Shown: piece by piece, positions 22,053-35,895 of the stretch
Layout of the letters: every line of letters begins with the position of its first letter
Numbering within the stretch: position 1 is the stretch's first letter
Assembly (NCBI GenBank): GCA_002269645.1
Contig: NIVC01000731.1
Span: forward strand, 395,048-459,047
Source: Macrostomum lignano
Lineage: Eukaryota
DNA length: 64,000 nucleotides
Direction: 5' to 3'
Position numbers and translations under genes: made by a program
The notes under the pieces: model-generated
The model's input: only the letters and a program-made list of their open reading frames with translations
Databases searched by the model: none
What the model was told of the DNA's origin: nothing

Positions 22053-23123
22053 TTAGGCCACGCCTCTGCCACTCTCAGCCACGCCACTTCCACTACCTAT
22101 GTATCAAACTCGTTGTTGTGTAGCCGCCAGTGCATTGTTACGAATCCAACTTGCATTTCTGTTGACAATAAACCAAATCTGCAGCCATTGATTGCATTAA
22201 CTTTAACTTTAACTGATATTACTGCCAAGTGCTACCGCTACAAATTTGCCTCTGCCGCATTCATTTGCCTTCGCTTATTCTCGGGGCCGCCACGCTAGTA
22301 TTCGTCACAATAGGCATCATTTCTCTTTGGTGTCCTGCGAAATTCTAACTCCTTTATTGAACTTTCACATTCGGGAATTCTGTAGCTGAAAGTTCTATTA
22401 GCGAGTCTGCAAAAGCGTCTTTCGACTCACTTCTTCCTTGTACGCGTCATTTAAACTCTTCCTTAAACTCTGACGCATTTCCTATATTCTGCTGAATCTC
22501 TCGATCGTTCCATAAAATCTTCGCACTCTAAATAGTCTGGCAAATTAAGTCGCATGCAGATGTTGGATCAAAATTGGCTAGCAATTATGTTTTCCTATGG
22601 TTTAACTCAATTTTTTACAGAGTCGCACCTCTGATCAAAGGTTGTTTACCATATCATAATATCCTGGCTTAGCGTGTATTTTGAATTCTAACATGTCTTG
22701 TCGGTCTTAATTCAAGACAATTCCTAAGTTCTTCAGCTAAGAGTGTTAATGCGTCATTAATACCTGACATTGTAAGTTATTACTTCACGTAATAATTAAA
22801 TTGCCTCTCACTGTATCTTGATCCCAAGCCAAGAGCCAATAGTCAACAGCTACAACTCAAGTTGTTTCCGTATTTCACACAGATTATTCATCCAAAAGCA
22901 AAAATTATGCTGATTGGACTCATTATACTCTGTAATTAATAAATGGCGAAACTTTTCAAATTGTGCTCAGTAAGTATTTGTAAAAGGTTACAATTAATAG
23001 AATATCGGCTTTTTGACATGTTAATCTGCAACGGGGACAGCGGCACTGATAGCAAAGTTTCTAATTAACCTGGAAGGCAACGGGGACCGCGTCATTGATA
23101 AGAATTGAGCATCTTGTTTTTCA

Positions 23124-26100
23124 TTAGGCTGGCACCAGCTGGACTGTCTCTCCGTCGTTCTCGCCGTCGCTGTCCCGGCACCGGCGATGCGTTTGCCGCC
23201 AGACGAACAGCGCGCACACCGGCAGGATGCACATGGCGCACACTGTTGCCATGGCAACCGCTGCCGGACGTAGGACAGACGTCGATGCGGCTACGTCGGC
23301 GCGGAAGAAAGCGCAGTCCTGGGGGCCGTCAATGGCGACGTAGGGCCGCGGCCCCAACACCCTGGACGACGAGTTCGCCTCCGGACAAGACGACGAAGCA
23401 AAGCCGATGCGACGACCGGCTCGGTCGAATTCGACCAGGAATCCCGAGAGGAAGGTGGCACCTGGGCGGAGCAGTTAAGCGAAACTGATGATTAGAGGTA
23501 GATTAAAGGCAGGGGGCCGTGTGCGCACTTTAGGCGACATTGTCACACAACCGGCGAGAGGCATTGCTGCCCATTCCACCGGCTCCCCTGAGCAGGCACA
23601 CAAGCGCAACGATGCTTCGGTACGCAGGCACACACTCACACAGGAGTGTACAGCGGCCCTAACTTTATTTTTCGTTAGGCATTTACACTTCATTGTGGCT
23701 TAAGGGTTGACCCTCAAGGACGTTAATTGCCCGAGCAGAGTCAAGCCGAGATTTCGATTTAGCCCTAGATTAATGTGACTGCACTTAAAATCGAGTCTGG
23801 ACCGCTGGAACATCAGAGCTAGACCATTAGGTTACGCTCCCCCCCCTGATGATGAGAGGTCATGATAATGCCAATATACCCACTCCTGAAGTATTTCAAC
23901 TGTGAGCTTTGACACTCACTTTGCCTGCACTCAGACACGCAGCCCACCTCTAGCAGAAATTCAGAACCACATTCCCCGCTTCACCCTGACCTCTGGCCTT
24001 TCTATGCATCATCAGACTAAAGAAATCAAATTTCGAGTCAGAGCTTGCTAGATCAGGATTGTTGTTTCATGACAGTTGAGCTGTTTAAATTTCCAGCTTC
24101 CCTACCGAGAATAGCTCCATCGCTTGTGCTCTGAATTCCGAAGCGGAAACAGGACCCATTTCCGGCTGGAGAGCCACCGAGCACGACCGGTCGCAGGTAC
24201 TGGGTGGGGCTCAGCTCGAGGTCCACCGTCTGGTTATCCGGCGTCACCAGGCTGAAGGTGACGGATGGAAAAGCGTCGAGAAGCCTCTTGGTGGCTTCCA
24301 GTGAACCGTCGCTCGAGCACAGGAGGCCCAGGCCGTTAAAGAAGCGGTTGCCGAGCTCCGGCTGCTGCGCCCCCACCTGCTGAGCTACGCGAGCGTGCAC
24401 CCGGGCCGGCAGGCGAATGTCGCCGACGCCAGAGTGCAGGATGGCCTTGTCCATGTTGTACTCCTTGCAGTCCATGCCGAGCGAGGACTGGCCGACCTTG
24501 ATGTCGGCTATGACCACTTCATAGTACCTGAACGGCGGAGATTATTGATGGATTGTTGATATGAAAAAGGAAAACTTTCTCCAGACTGCTTATTCCGCTG
24601 AGCATTCACACGCACAAGGATACGTACGCAGATACAAGCTCAGGATGGTCAGCGGCCTTGAATTTCTAATCTTCAAAGATGTACAGTTGAATCACACAAT
24701 TGCAGAAGCCTCAAGTTATTTTGCCACAATCGAGTCTCACCAGTCCCAGCGCACGGAGGCGTACAGCATGTCGGTGCGGTTCGCCCGCCCGATCCTGATG
24801 AAGCTCCCTAAACCCGCGTCGCCTCCGCACAGCTGCAGGCAGAACGGCACGGGAGGCGATCCCGTCGACATGGCGTCGCCCAGCTGCCTCGCCAGCGTGT
24901 CGGCGAAGTTTCCGCCGCCAGCCGCTGTCCGCGCATTCGACAGCCGTTCGAAGGCCAGGCCGACAGAGGCCTGCCAGGCCCCGGCGGCGGCCTGGAAGTA
25001 GCCGGAGCTGCGCTCGGCGACGCTGAAGGCGGCGCGGACTGGTCCGGGCACAGGGCCTGGCAGGGACACGACGTCCGTGGCCAGGTGGCCCTCCCAGAAG
25101 CCGGTGGTGTAGGGGGTGCGAACCAGCTGGTGCTGCCAGACTAGCGAACTGGACGACTTGGCGTCGAACCACCGGTCAAGGCCGGGCGTCTTGGCGCCAG
25201 CCGTTACGAAGTCGCTGCTGCCTGTGTCCAACTTTGCTGTGATCTGCGAGATCAGGTTAGATGAATTTATTTCAATTTAATAGCCTACTGTCCAGTAGAC
25301 AGTATAGAATGTGGCGCAAAAGGCTTGTTCGGAGGACAAAAAAGTCTTCGTGCTGTTTTCTTGATTCAAGGGGCAGCTCGAAATTCAGAAAACGGGCCAG
25401 ATGAATCAGCATTTGAAACCAACTGGAGTTCACGGGAACTGAAGATTTGAAACTAACTGGAGTTCACAGGAACTGAAGAGTTAAAAAAAGAACTGGAGTT
25501 CACGGGAACTGAAGATTTGAAACTAACTATAGTTCACGGGAACTGAAGAGTTAAAAAAAGAACTGGAGTTCACGGGAACTGAAGATTTGAAACCAACTAT
25601 AGTTCACGGGAACTGAAGATTTAAAACCAACTATAGTTCACGGGAACTGAAGATTTTAACCAATTTGGAGTTCACGGGAACTGAAGATTTTAACCAACTG
25701 GAGTTCACGGGAACTGAAGATTTTAACCAACTGGAGTTCACGGGAACTGAAGAGTTGAAACCAACTATAGTTCACGGGAACTGAAGATTTTAACCAACTG
25801 GAGTTCACGGGAACTGAAGAGTTGAAACCAACTATAGTTCACGGGAACTGAAGATTTTAACCAATTTGGAGTTCACGGGAACTGAAGATTTAAAGCCAAC
25901 TATAGTTCACGGGAACTGAAGATTTGAAACCAACTATAGTTCACGGGAACTGAAGATTTGAAACCAACTATAGTTCACGGGAACTGAAAATTTGAAACCA
26001 ACTATAGTTCACGGGAACTGAAGATTTGAAACCAACTATAGTTCACGGGAACTGAAAATTTGAAACCAACTATAGTTCACGGGAACTGAAGATTTAAAAC

Positions 26101-26801
26101 CAACTATAGTTCACGGGAACTGAAAATTTGAAACCAACTATAGTTCACGGGAACTGAAGATTTGAAACCAACTATAGTTCACGGGAACTGAAAATTTGAA
26201 ACCAACTATAGTTCACGGGAACTGAAGATTTAAAACCAACTATAGTTCACGGGAACTGAAAATTGAAACCAACTATAGTTCACGGGAACTGAAGATTTGA
26301 AACCAACTATAGTTCACGGGAACTGAAGATTTTAAACCAACTGGTATTCACGGGAACTATAAAAATTTAACCAACTGGAGTTCACGGGAACTAAATGGAA
26401 ATTTTAACCGACTGGAGTTCACGGGAACTGAATGGAAATTTTAACCGACTGGAGTTCACGGGAACTGAATGGAAATTTTAACCGACTGGAGTTCACGGTG
26501 ACTTAAGTTTAACCGCACTGTGAGCTCCGGCACCTCTGCCCACCCAGCTCACATTCTGCCTGGGTGTACCAACGCCAAGCCGCAGGCAGTAGGCAGCCTC
26601 AGGTCGACCGTGAATGGCGCTGCCATTCACCAGCTGGAAGACACCCCTCTGTCCGAACAGCTGGACGCTGTCCACTGGCAGTCCGGATTTGGCGGGCGCC
26701 ACGAAGTTCAGGCGAGTCAGCGGCAGCTGCAGGGCCGCCGTGGCGGGGAGGCAGGCCAGAGCCGCGCAGACTGGCGGCAGCAGAGTGAGAAGAATTCCCA
26801 T
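23124..26801 (-). CDS. BACE: BACE-like (beta-secretase-type) membrane aspartic protease homolog, 503 aa, second catalytic Asp replaced by His
   Basis: Exons 26553-26801, 24741-25243, 24106-24527, 23124-23461 (1512 nt, phases consistent). Motifs LGVGTPRQ, LDTGSSDF, WYYEVVI, DCKEYNMDK, AILHSGVGDIRLP, FLVEFDRAGRRIGFA, and a C-terminal TM (AMATVCAMCILP) like BACE1/2. Confidence 0.9.
23518..23841 (-). mobile_element. SINE family 2, copy b, in BACE intron 3
   Basis: Minus-strand head GGAGCGTAACCTAATGGTC (A-box-like) and AGACTCGATTT (B-box-like); body shared with the other two copies. Confidence 0.78.
25420..26497 (+). repeat. 33-35-bp minisatellite filling BACE intron 1
   Basis: Unit AACT(GG/AT)AGTTCACGGGAACTGAAGATTTGAAACC, ~31 copies. 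Confidence 0.96.
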
Positions 26802-27867
26802 AGTGTTGAGCACGGCTACAGCAGTTGCAGCTAAGCGGAAACAAAAACTTTTTATTTATTTTATGCCTTTTTATGACCATGCAGAGAGCAGCGAACTGGA
26901 CGAACATCTGACGCGGAGCAGCTGTTGCAGTTTGGAGCAGCCGGTTGGAAACGATGGTTTTTTCTGATTTCCCGAGAAATGAGAAATGCGCTCAAGTACC
27001 CGACACAGGTTAAGAAACTGATTTCTGCTTGAAAGTTTAAATTCTCCTATCGTTCTGTTTAAAATATTGATATTTTTCTCACTACTCTACTAACCGACCG
27101 TGAGTAGTATGAAAGAGATGCAAAATGAATTTTCAATTTTGCAATCTTTTTACATTTTATGACGATAGTAATGCGGCCAAAATATGGAAATGCAGAGTCT
27201 GTTCAGCTTCCTCATCAGCTTCATCATCATGGGTGTGGGGTATTACGTAATCCGACTCCGCCTTCAGAACTGACAGGCGTCATTTGCACCAGCCACAATG
27301 CATTCGAGCTGCTACAAGGGCGAGTGAAACTCGGGCAGCATCGCTTTGGCCTGCAGCGGCCACGCCATCATTCGGTCTGGGATTCCTTGGACAGATTAGA
27401 AAAATACTGCGCAGGGGAACAGGGAGGCTGGGGATGAAGCCGCGTGCCTGCGGACTGCGCAAAATCGTCAGTTCTCTCTCGACCCGCAGGAGCCGTGCCG
27501 GCATCAAAGCCGAAGTGTCCGCCTTCGGTCAGGAGGCCTGCCCGCCCCGGCCGGCCGTTGACTGTCGCCTGTCCGCTCACCTTGGAATTAAAAAAGATTA
27601 AGTCTGCGCCCTTTAATGAAATTCTGGCCGAATAGAAAGACAAAGTAAACCGCTTTCTGATGATGGCTAAGAGAAAGTTCAGGAAATCTCCAGTTTTTTT
27701 ATCGCAAAATCTAAATGCAAGTCTTTAAAAATAGCTTTGATGGGTTATGGAAATCAGGCTTCATCAATAAATAATCAGGCTAGCTCACTGCACTAGAAGT
27801 TGTCAGCTTTGTAGCCTGTGAATTTAATTGCGTATAATTGCTGCTGTCTGCTCTGGCCTCTGCTTTC

Positions 27868-28420
27868 CAACTGTAACACCTTGTCTAACAGCCAGTCACC
27901 ACACTGTAGCACCCTGTCTAACAGCCAGTCACCACACTGTAACACCCTGTCTAACAGCCAATCACCACACTGTAACACCCTGTCTAACAGCCAGTCACCA
28001 CACTGTAACACCCTGTCTAGCAGCCAATCCCCACACTGTAACTGTAACACCCTTCCATCAGCCAGTCACCACACTGTAACGACTAACACCTTGTCTAACA
28101 GTATTTCATCACTGTAACACCCTATCTAACAGCAATTCCTCACACTGTAACACCCTATCTAACAGTAATTCCTCACACTGTAACACCCTGTCTAACAGCC
28201 AGTCACCACACTGTAACTGTAACACCCTGTCTAACAGCCAGTCACCACACTGTAATTGTAACACCCTGTCTAACAGCCAGTCACCACACTGTAACACATT
28301 GTCGAACCGTATTTCATCACTGTAACACCTTGTCTAACAGCAATTCCTCACACTGTAACACCCTATCTAGCAGCAATTCCTCACACTGTAACACCCTGTC
28401 TAACAGCCAGTCACCACACA
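27868..28420 (+). repeat. 33-bp minisatellite
   Basis: Unit CTGTAACACCCTGTCTAACAGCCAGTCACCACA with +6 variants. Confidence 0.93.
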
Positions 28421-28819
28421 GCACCTTAACTCTCTAACAACCCGTCTAGCCAGGCAGTGTGACGCCAGCCTTCATTGATTGACAGGTCCAGATAAGCCAG
28501 GATCCAAATGCCCGGCCACTTCACCCAGACACTCGGGGCCTTCTGTGCGACCGGCAGACAGGAATCTGTGCACTTATCCGGTGACATTCAAAACCCTTCT
28601 TTGCAAAAAGACTCCGACAAAACTCAACCCGAAAGGGGAAACTCGATTATCCAAAATTGGACTGGCTGAGTTTGCTGACTTATTCGGTGTCCCATTTGAG
28701 CATAGAGTCGCTGCCTAATTGGCCCAGTGGGTCACGGCTCAGGCAGACCGGCTCCAGATCCTCAAATGTTTATGAATAAAATTCCCACAGCCTAGGCTGA
28801 GGACTTTCAAAGCCTTAAG

Positions 28820-29090
28820 CCTGTCTACCAGAACAGCCCACCTGTTCACTAGGCTGTCTCACAAGACAAACTACCTGTCCACTAGGCTGTCTCACAAGAC
28901 AGGCGACCTGTTCACTACAGCCCACCTGTTCACTAGAGCCCACCTGTCCGCTACAGCGCACCTATCCACTACAGCCCACCTGATCACTACAGCCCACCTG
29001 TCCACTGCAGCCCACCTATCCACTACAGCCCACCTATCCACTACAGCCCACCTATCCACTACAGCCCACCTGTCCACTACAGCCTACCTG
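28820..29090 (+). repeat. 18-bp minisatellite
   Basis: Unit CACTACAGCCCACCTGTC, degenerate at the 5' end. Confidence 0.9.
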
Positions 29091-29513
29091 TCTATTAGCC
29101 GGTCTTTAAAGCCAGCCTAACCATCTCTGACCTGCATTCGAGCACAGCAAGTATAAAAAAATTTCATTAAAAAGCCAACAAACCCATCAGATTGGCTTTG
29201 AGCTATAAAAAGATCTCTAGCGGCAGAGCGAGTTGGGCAGAAGAAGAGAGCAGCCGAAGCAAGAAGCCGAAGATGCAACCTGAAAGGCCAGCCCTGAAGA
29301 CACCGGGAAGCCGGGGTCAGGTGCCCCCTCCCCTGCCGCCACCGCTGCAGAGCCCTCAAGCTCCGCCCTCCCCTCTCCCCCTCTCTGTTCCTCTTCTTTC
29401 TTATTCCCCAAAGCGATTAAGCTTGATAAGCTCGCTCTTTTCCCAGCAGCCCAGCCTCCGTCGCATCAGACTTCATCCCGGCTGAGTTACCCGCCAGCCT
29501 TCTTAATGGGGCA

Positions 29514-29551
<38 letters not shown>

Positions 29552-30123
29552 GCGGCCGCCGCAGCCCAGACTCTCGCTAGCTTCATCAGTCCAATCTCGA
29601 ATCTCCGGCCTGGATCAGAGAAACGGCGGGGCTTGAGGGGCGGCGGGCGTCCGGAGCTCGAGTCCTCGGAGGCGGATCAGGAAGTCGGGTTGGTTGAAGG
29701 CCGCTTCAATCGCCCCCCCTCCGCACTCCACAGGAAAATGCGAAGTAGCAGAGAAGAAGAAATGGCTTGGGAAAGAAATTGCGAAGCCCCATGGAGAGCT
29801 GAAATTCCTTTTAATAAGAAAAGCGAATTTTCACTCCCAGATGATCTGCACGAATCGGGTCGGTCTGCAGTCTCCGGGCCCCGATGAGTCACTCGATTCC
29901 GGTCGGCTGCGGGCTGCGGATTTTGCACCGGGCCAGCGCTGGGCCGGGGGCGGCTTGAGAAGCCAATTCGGCTGCTGGAAACCCGACACCGGGGGGGGGG
30001 GCATTTCTGGCTGAGAGATGAGAGTCTGGCTGGGTATCGCCACCTGCGGGTTCCCAGCGGATTGCCAGCACGGCAAATATGCTGGCCTTCTGGATCTGTT
30101 GGAATTCGTTTCTCTGCTGCAAA

Positions 30124-30465
<342 letters not shown>

Positions 30466-31824
30466 ATCTGCTTATTTAGCAGAGCAGGCAGTGCAAACTT
30501 TGGGCAGACAGCACACAGCTGTCAGCAGCAGCTCACCAAACTCTGTTTAGAATGTCTTCAGAAATGTTTTTCGCCCTTACTGTGACGGAATTCGGTTGCC
30601 AGGCAGCAGAGACGGAGCGAAGGTGCAAGGGGGGGGGGGGCTGCTCGCCCTGCCGCCCCAGCAGACAGACAGGGGCTTGAAAATATTTGCCTGCGCATAA
30701 CCGAATTCCAACTTCTGACATCCGCGCAGAGGGGGTCCGTGCCCCCCCCCCCCGCCAGAGCCGATGGGGGTGTATCGATGCAAGCCCCAGATATGCAAGC
30801 CGATCCTAAAACCCCGGGATCGATTTTCAAACTGCGGATTAAGCCATGATCTCGCTCGGGATGCTTCAAGCTCGGTAGGTAAAGTAAAGTTGCTTCATTC
30901 GTAAAACTTCAGAACCAGCAGGTTGGGGTGGTCAGGGGGAAGGGGCTCGCTATAGCAAGGCTCGTGGCCAGCGCATATTAACATAAAGTTTGCAAACCCG
31001 ACTGCATAGAGTCAAGTGTTTTTTGCGCTAATTAATTCTGGACTAGTGCGGCCCAGGTAGCGATATAGAATGGCGCGAAGCCGCACGAGCTTCAATCCGC
31101 AACTTTATGACCGCCGATAAGCCAGACAAGTGCGGCTTGTAAAGCTCAGCAACAGGTGTTCCTCGGGCTTAAACACGCTCAGTTATGGCTGTTATGGACA
31201 TTGCATTATAAACGCGCTGACTACAGGCTTTAAGCTCTGTGTACAGTTTTTCAATAAAGTCCAAGTTCGATATATTTTTGTACGCCTGGCGTCGCTCTTC
31301 GGCTCGCTCCGTCCCCGCCTCCGTTCTACGGGTGGGCCAGCTAAATTAATCTGAGGCTAATCCGATCAGGGAGAGACAGGGGGTGAAGGAGGAGCTGAAG
31401 AGGCTGAGACGCCGCGGCAGCGTCGGAGGCGAGCGGCATTCGGAATTGAAAGAGATTGAGAAATAAGTGGAATGAGAGAGAGAAGGGAGATGACGGCGCG
31501 AGGGAGACGGACAGGGGGGATGGGGAGCGGGAGAAATGGGGGGGGGCTGCGTGAGCCGGTGGGGGCCGCTAAGTCTGAGTAAAAGTTCACTCTCTAGCAG
31601 GTGACTCAGCCAAGGGCAAAGATTGAGACTGAATTGTGGGCCAACGGAAATGAGCTTTGATGACTGCGGGCACGAAAGGCTGGCGCTGACCCGATGATCT
31701 GAAACTTTGTAAACAAAGCTTTGAAGGCCGACATTTTCCGAACTCATGATTCTCAACGAGAATTATTTCAGCAAATCGGCTTCCTCATTTCAATCTTATT
31801 AACAAAATATTTCTGTAGGCATTA

Positions 31825-32140
31825 AGATTTGTCTCGATTGCCTTGTCGAGAATGGGCAGCTGGCCTGTGTGCACCCTGGCGCACTTTAGGCGACATTGTC
31901 GCACAACGGCGAGAGGCATTGCTGCCCATTCCGCCGACTCCCCTGAGCAGGCACACAAGCGCGTGGATACGAACGCAGTCATACGCTCAGGCATGTACAC
32001 TTCACTGTGCCTGGGGGTTGGCCCTCAAGACCTCGTTTATTGCACGAGCAGAGCCAAGCCGAGATTCCAATTGAGCTCCAAATTAATGTGACTGCACTCG
32101 GAATCGAGCCTGGGCCGCTGGTACACGAGAGCTAATCCTC
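31825..32140 (-). mobile_element. SINE family 2, copy c
   Basis: Homologous to 23518-23841 over ~300 bp; minus-strand B-box-like GGCTCGATTCC. Confidence 0.78.
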
Positions 32141-32626
32141 ACTGAGACCTGAAGGATAAACTGAGAATCTGCACCAGCAATTCGGGAGCTTCAGCAGTCT
32201 CCAAGTTTGAAGAATTCTCCAGCAGTCATTAATCAGGCCATAATTTCACAGCACAGGGCGCCGCTAACGACAAGCTGTTAACGCAGTCTGACCGGGTCGC
32301 AATTACAGTTTCAACAACAGGCAGCGCAGCTTAACCGGTTCAAGCATTTTATTGCCGCACCCTTTCAAACCTCAGCCTGCTGCCGCAAGCGTGAAGAAGT
32401 TCCCGCGCTGAACTTTTCCAGCCGCAGGCCCAGCTGCCCCGAGATGCAGAACCGGGGGGGGGGGGCGGGGAAACAGATAGGGCCGGGCAGAGGGGGACAG
32501 CAGATGTCAGTCTCCCACTAACTGGCGCATTCATGTGTGTTTTTACAGTATATATTCTCCCTACCTGTCCAAGGAGACCCAGAACAGGCCTTGGAGTGGC
32601 AACTCTACTTCAAGGCAGCAAGGCGG

Positions 32627-32864
32627 GTTTGTGAGCATTGGGTTTGTGAGCATTGGGTTTGTGAGCATTGGGTTTGTGAGCATTGGGTTTGTGAGCATTG
32701 GGTTTGTGAGCATTGGGTTTGTGAGCATTGGGTTTGTGAGCATTGGGTTTGTGAGCATTGGGTTTGTGAGCATTGGGTTTGCAAGCATTGGGTTTGTGAG
32801 CATTGGGTATGTGAGCATTGGGTTTGTGAGCATTGGGTTTGTGAGCATTGGGTTTGTGAGCATT
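32627..32864 (+). repeat. 15-bp minisatellite
   Basis: Unit GGGTTTGTGAGCATT, ~16 copies. Confidence 0.96.
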
Positions 32865-35210
32865 AGCGCAAAGTGTCATTCTGCCAAACAAGCAGGCCTG
32901 CCAAATGTCACAATAAAATCAGAAGTCGGTCAATGAAGGATCGAAAACTTCTGCAGCCCGGCCTGCAGTTGGCTGGGACTGGAGGAGTCGCTACCCCCAA
33001 GGCCCTGGCGCAAGGCCTCCTTGCTCCGGGCAAGTCCCGCAGCACAGGAGGACCGCTCGAAAAGCCAGCGCGAACACAAATTATCCCCATTCTTGGGGAA
33101 GAATTCAAAGGGCAGCGATACGCGACCCCCAGACAGTTCAACCCCTGCCGCATCGAGTCCGCCAGCACTTCACCAGAAAGTTCGGAATTCCCCCCAAGGT
33201 CACCGCGCCTACCAATTTGCACCGGTTGGGGAGAGGCTGGCAAATTAATCATTGCCAATCATTCCGGGGGCACGCAGTGACTCAGTGCCCAGCACCGGGG
33301 AGATCAGATGCCGGACACGCAGTCTCATGTACCCCGGCTAATCAGCCCGGCTCAGCAGGTGGCCGCGCTGTCCCAGACGATCGGGGGAAAGTGCGATAGA
33401 AAATAAATCTGCTGCTTGCTGTGCAGTCGCGCGTGAAGCTGGACACCCGCCCTACGCTCCTCTCCATCACTTCTTCCCACGGAGGAACGGAGGCGGGCTC
33501 CAGAGGTGATGAATGGAGGGCCGCAGCTCAGCCCCCCCCCCGCCCCGGTCCCAATTATTCCAGCACCAGCCCACGAGCCCAGTGTAATCTGAAAGCACTC
33601 AACATTTGCCAGACTGCTGCCAGCCTCCTCAGCACCTCCCCGCCACCCCGGCCTTCGCCATCCCGAAAACACGCTGCCGGAGCCGCCACTAATCAAGCAG
33701 CCTCGACTTCCACCGCAGACTGGGGCCCGCTAGAAAACTCCCACCACCCCCCAGTCTCTTCCTAGCAACCGGGCCACGTCTCTCTAAAGGGAAGGAGACG
33801 GCACTGACTGGACCGCTGACTCATCGCCCAGCCTCCATTCCCCATCGCCTTTCTGCACTTTTAAGTTCCGATACTCGACGAGCGAAAGCGGGCACAACGT
33901 GATTTATAAAAATCCAAATGAGTCTGCAGCTGGCGACGAGAGCACCGGCCCTCGGGGGGATTCTAGAAAATAAATAATAATGATAAGTATTGCCGGGAAG
34001 AAATTACTCAGCCGAGTCAAGTGTCAGCCGCCACCTCATCCAGCAGTCGGGTTGAGCAGAGAGTGAGCACTCACTCAGACAGTGGGGGTTGGCGATTCTG
34101 CATTCCCAGAGAAATTGGGGGGGGGTTGTGGTCATGATAATAAATCACACACACAGCGGAGACAAGTTTGGCAATTTCTTTTACCATAATAAAACTGCAG
34201 CACTGCAGCATGGCCGGCTCTTCATCGCATATATTTATTAACCTATTTGCTTAATAATATTAAACTGATTGCAAACAAACTTTCAAATACTTTATTATGG
34301 ATATTAAAAATGAATAAAATAAATTTCAGTCAGCTGATGAAGCGCACACAGAAGTAAAACAGATTCTTCAATGCAATACTTGTAGACCAGTGTTAGTATG
34401 TATTATTATATATAGAAATTTCTGACTGGGCAATGATCAACCAGATTGTGAGGTAACAAAAATATCATCAAAATCCGTTGCTATGGCAACACGCTTCAAC
34501 AATTGAAATTAGCGTTCTGTCTCGGAATAAACAAATAAATAAATAAATAGAAGTAATCTAATAATCTAGAGAACAACACAGACTGACAGCTCGACTTGGC
34601 TTGAGCAAATTTGGATAATTGCTAATCTAAATATTTTCTTCTAGCAGCAGCAAGCGGGAAAGAAAACACAAACAGAGAAAAAACTCTAATAAATAATTTC
34701 TACTAGCGAGATCAAAACAATAAAAAATGAAAATGATAAATGATAAAATCATCATTGCAGTATAAATTCTATTCTGACACAGCGCTGCCGCACTGCAATG
34801 AGTTAATAAATAAATGAACAGGGCTGTGAGGACAGCACACAGGTGACAGATGCGCTGACCAGGCCAATAGTTGATTGCAAATTAATCTGGATTGCTAGCA
34901 GTAATCGGATTAGTTACAAATAGTAATCAGCAATATTCAACAACAGCAAATATAATAGCATCAGCAAGTAATTAAGAAATATTAACTAAAAATAAAATTT
35001 TGCACTGATTCTCGCTTAAATGTAAATTTTGATTGACTGATTGACAGACTGCTACAGCGTTGAGTGATGCAAGGCCACAAAACATCTGGTGGCATCAGCT
35101 GATTGGTTTCGGGTGAATAATGAACCTGGAAAGAACTTAGGACAAACTTCTTTAGTGCAAGAATACTGTCAAGCTTGGGGGAAGCTTGAAGGTCAAAGTA
35201 GTTTTAGCTA

Positions 35211-35860
35211 TAAGCTGACCTCAGTTGACCCCGAAGCCAAGGGTTTATGTTAAGATTCTCACTAACCTGACCTCAGTTGACCCCGGAGCCAAGGGCTAAT
35301 GTTAAGATTCTCGCTAAGCTGACCTCAGTTGACCCCAGAGCTAAGGGCTAATATTAAGATTCTCGCTAAGCTGACCTCAGTTGACCCCGGAGCCAAGGGT
35401 TTATGTTAAGATTCTCACTAACCTGACCTCAGTTGACCCCGGAGCCAAGGGCTAATGTTAAGATTCTCGCTAAGCTGACCTCAGTTGACCCCAGAGCTAA
35501 GGGCTAATATTAAGATTCTCGCTAAGCTGACCTCAGTTGACCCCAGAGCTAAGGGCTAATGTTAAGATTCTCGCTAAGCTGACCTCAGTTGACCCCGAAG
35601 CCAAGGGCTAATGTTAAGATTCTCACTAAGCTGACCTCAGTTGACCCCGGAGCCAAGGGCTAATATTAAGATTCTCGCTAAGCTGACCTCAGTTGACCCC
35701 GGAGCCAAGGGCTAATGTTAAGATTCTCGCTAAGCTGACCTCAGTTGACCCCAGAGCTAAGGGCTAAAATTAAGATTCTCGCTAAGCTGACCTCAGTTGA
35801 CCCCAGAGCTAAGGGCTAATATTAAGATTCTCGCTAAGCTGACCTCAGTTGACCCCGGAG
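35211..35860 (+). repeat. 52-bp minisatellite immediately downstream of the abLIM stop codon
   Basis: Unit GCTGACCTCAGTTGACCCCGGAGCCAAGGGCTAATGTTAAGATTCTCGCTAA, ~12 copies. Confidence 0.96.
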
Positions 35861-35895
35861 ATGAAGCGAGACCCGAACCTTCAAGAAAAGGAGTG

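Noticed and set aside
25420-26497. CRISPR-like appearance of the 28-52-bp arrays with internal hairpins
   Set aside because: Head-to-tail units without unique spacers, no cas genes, intronic eukaryotic context.
27159-27643. Overlapping 60-105-aa ORFs on both strands
   Set aside because: No recognisable motif and no phase-consistent exon chain.
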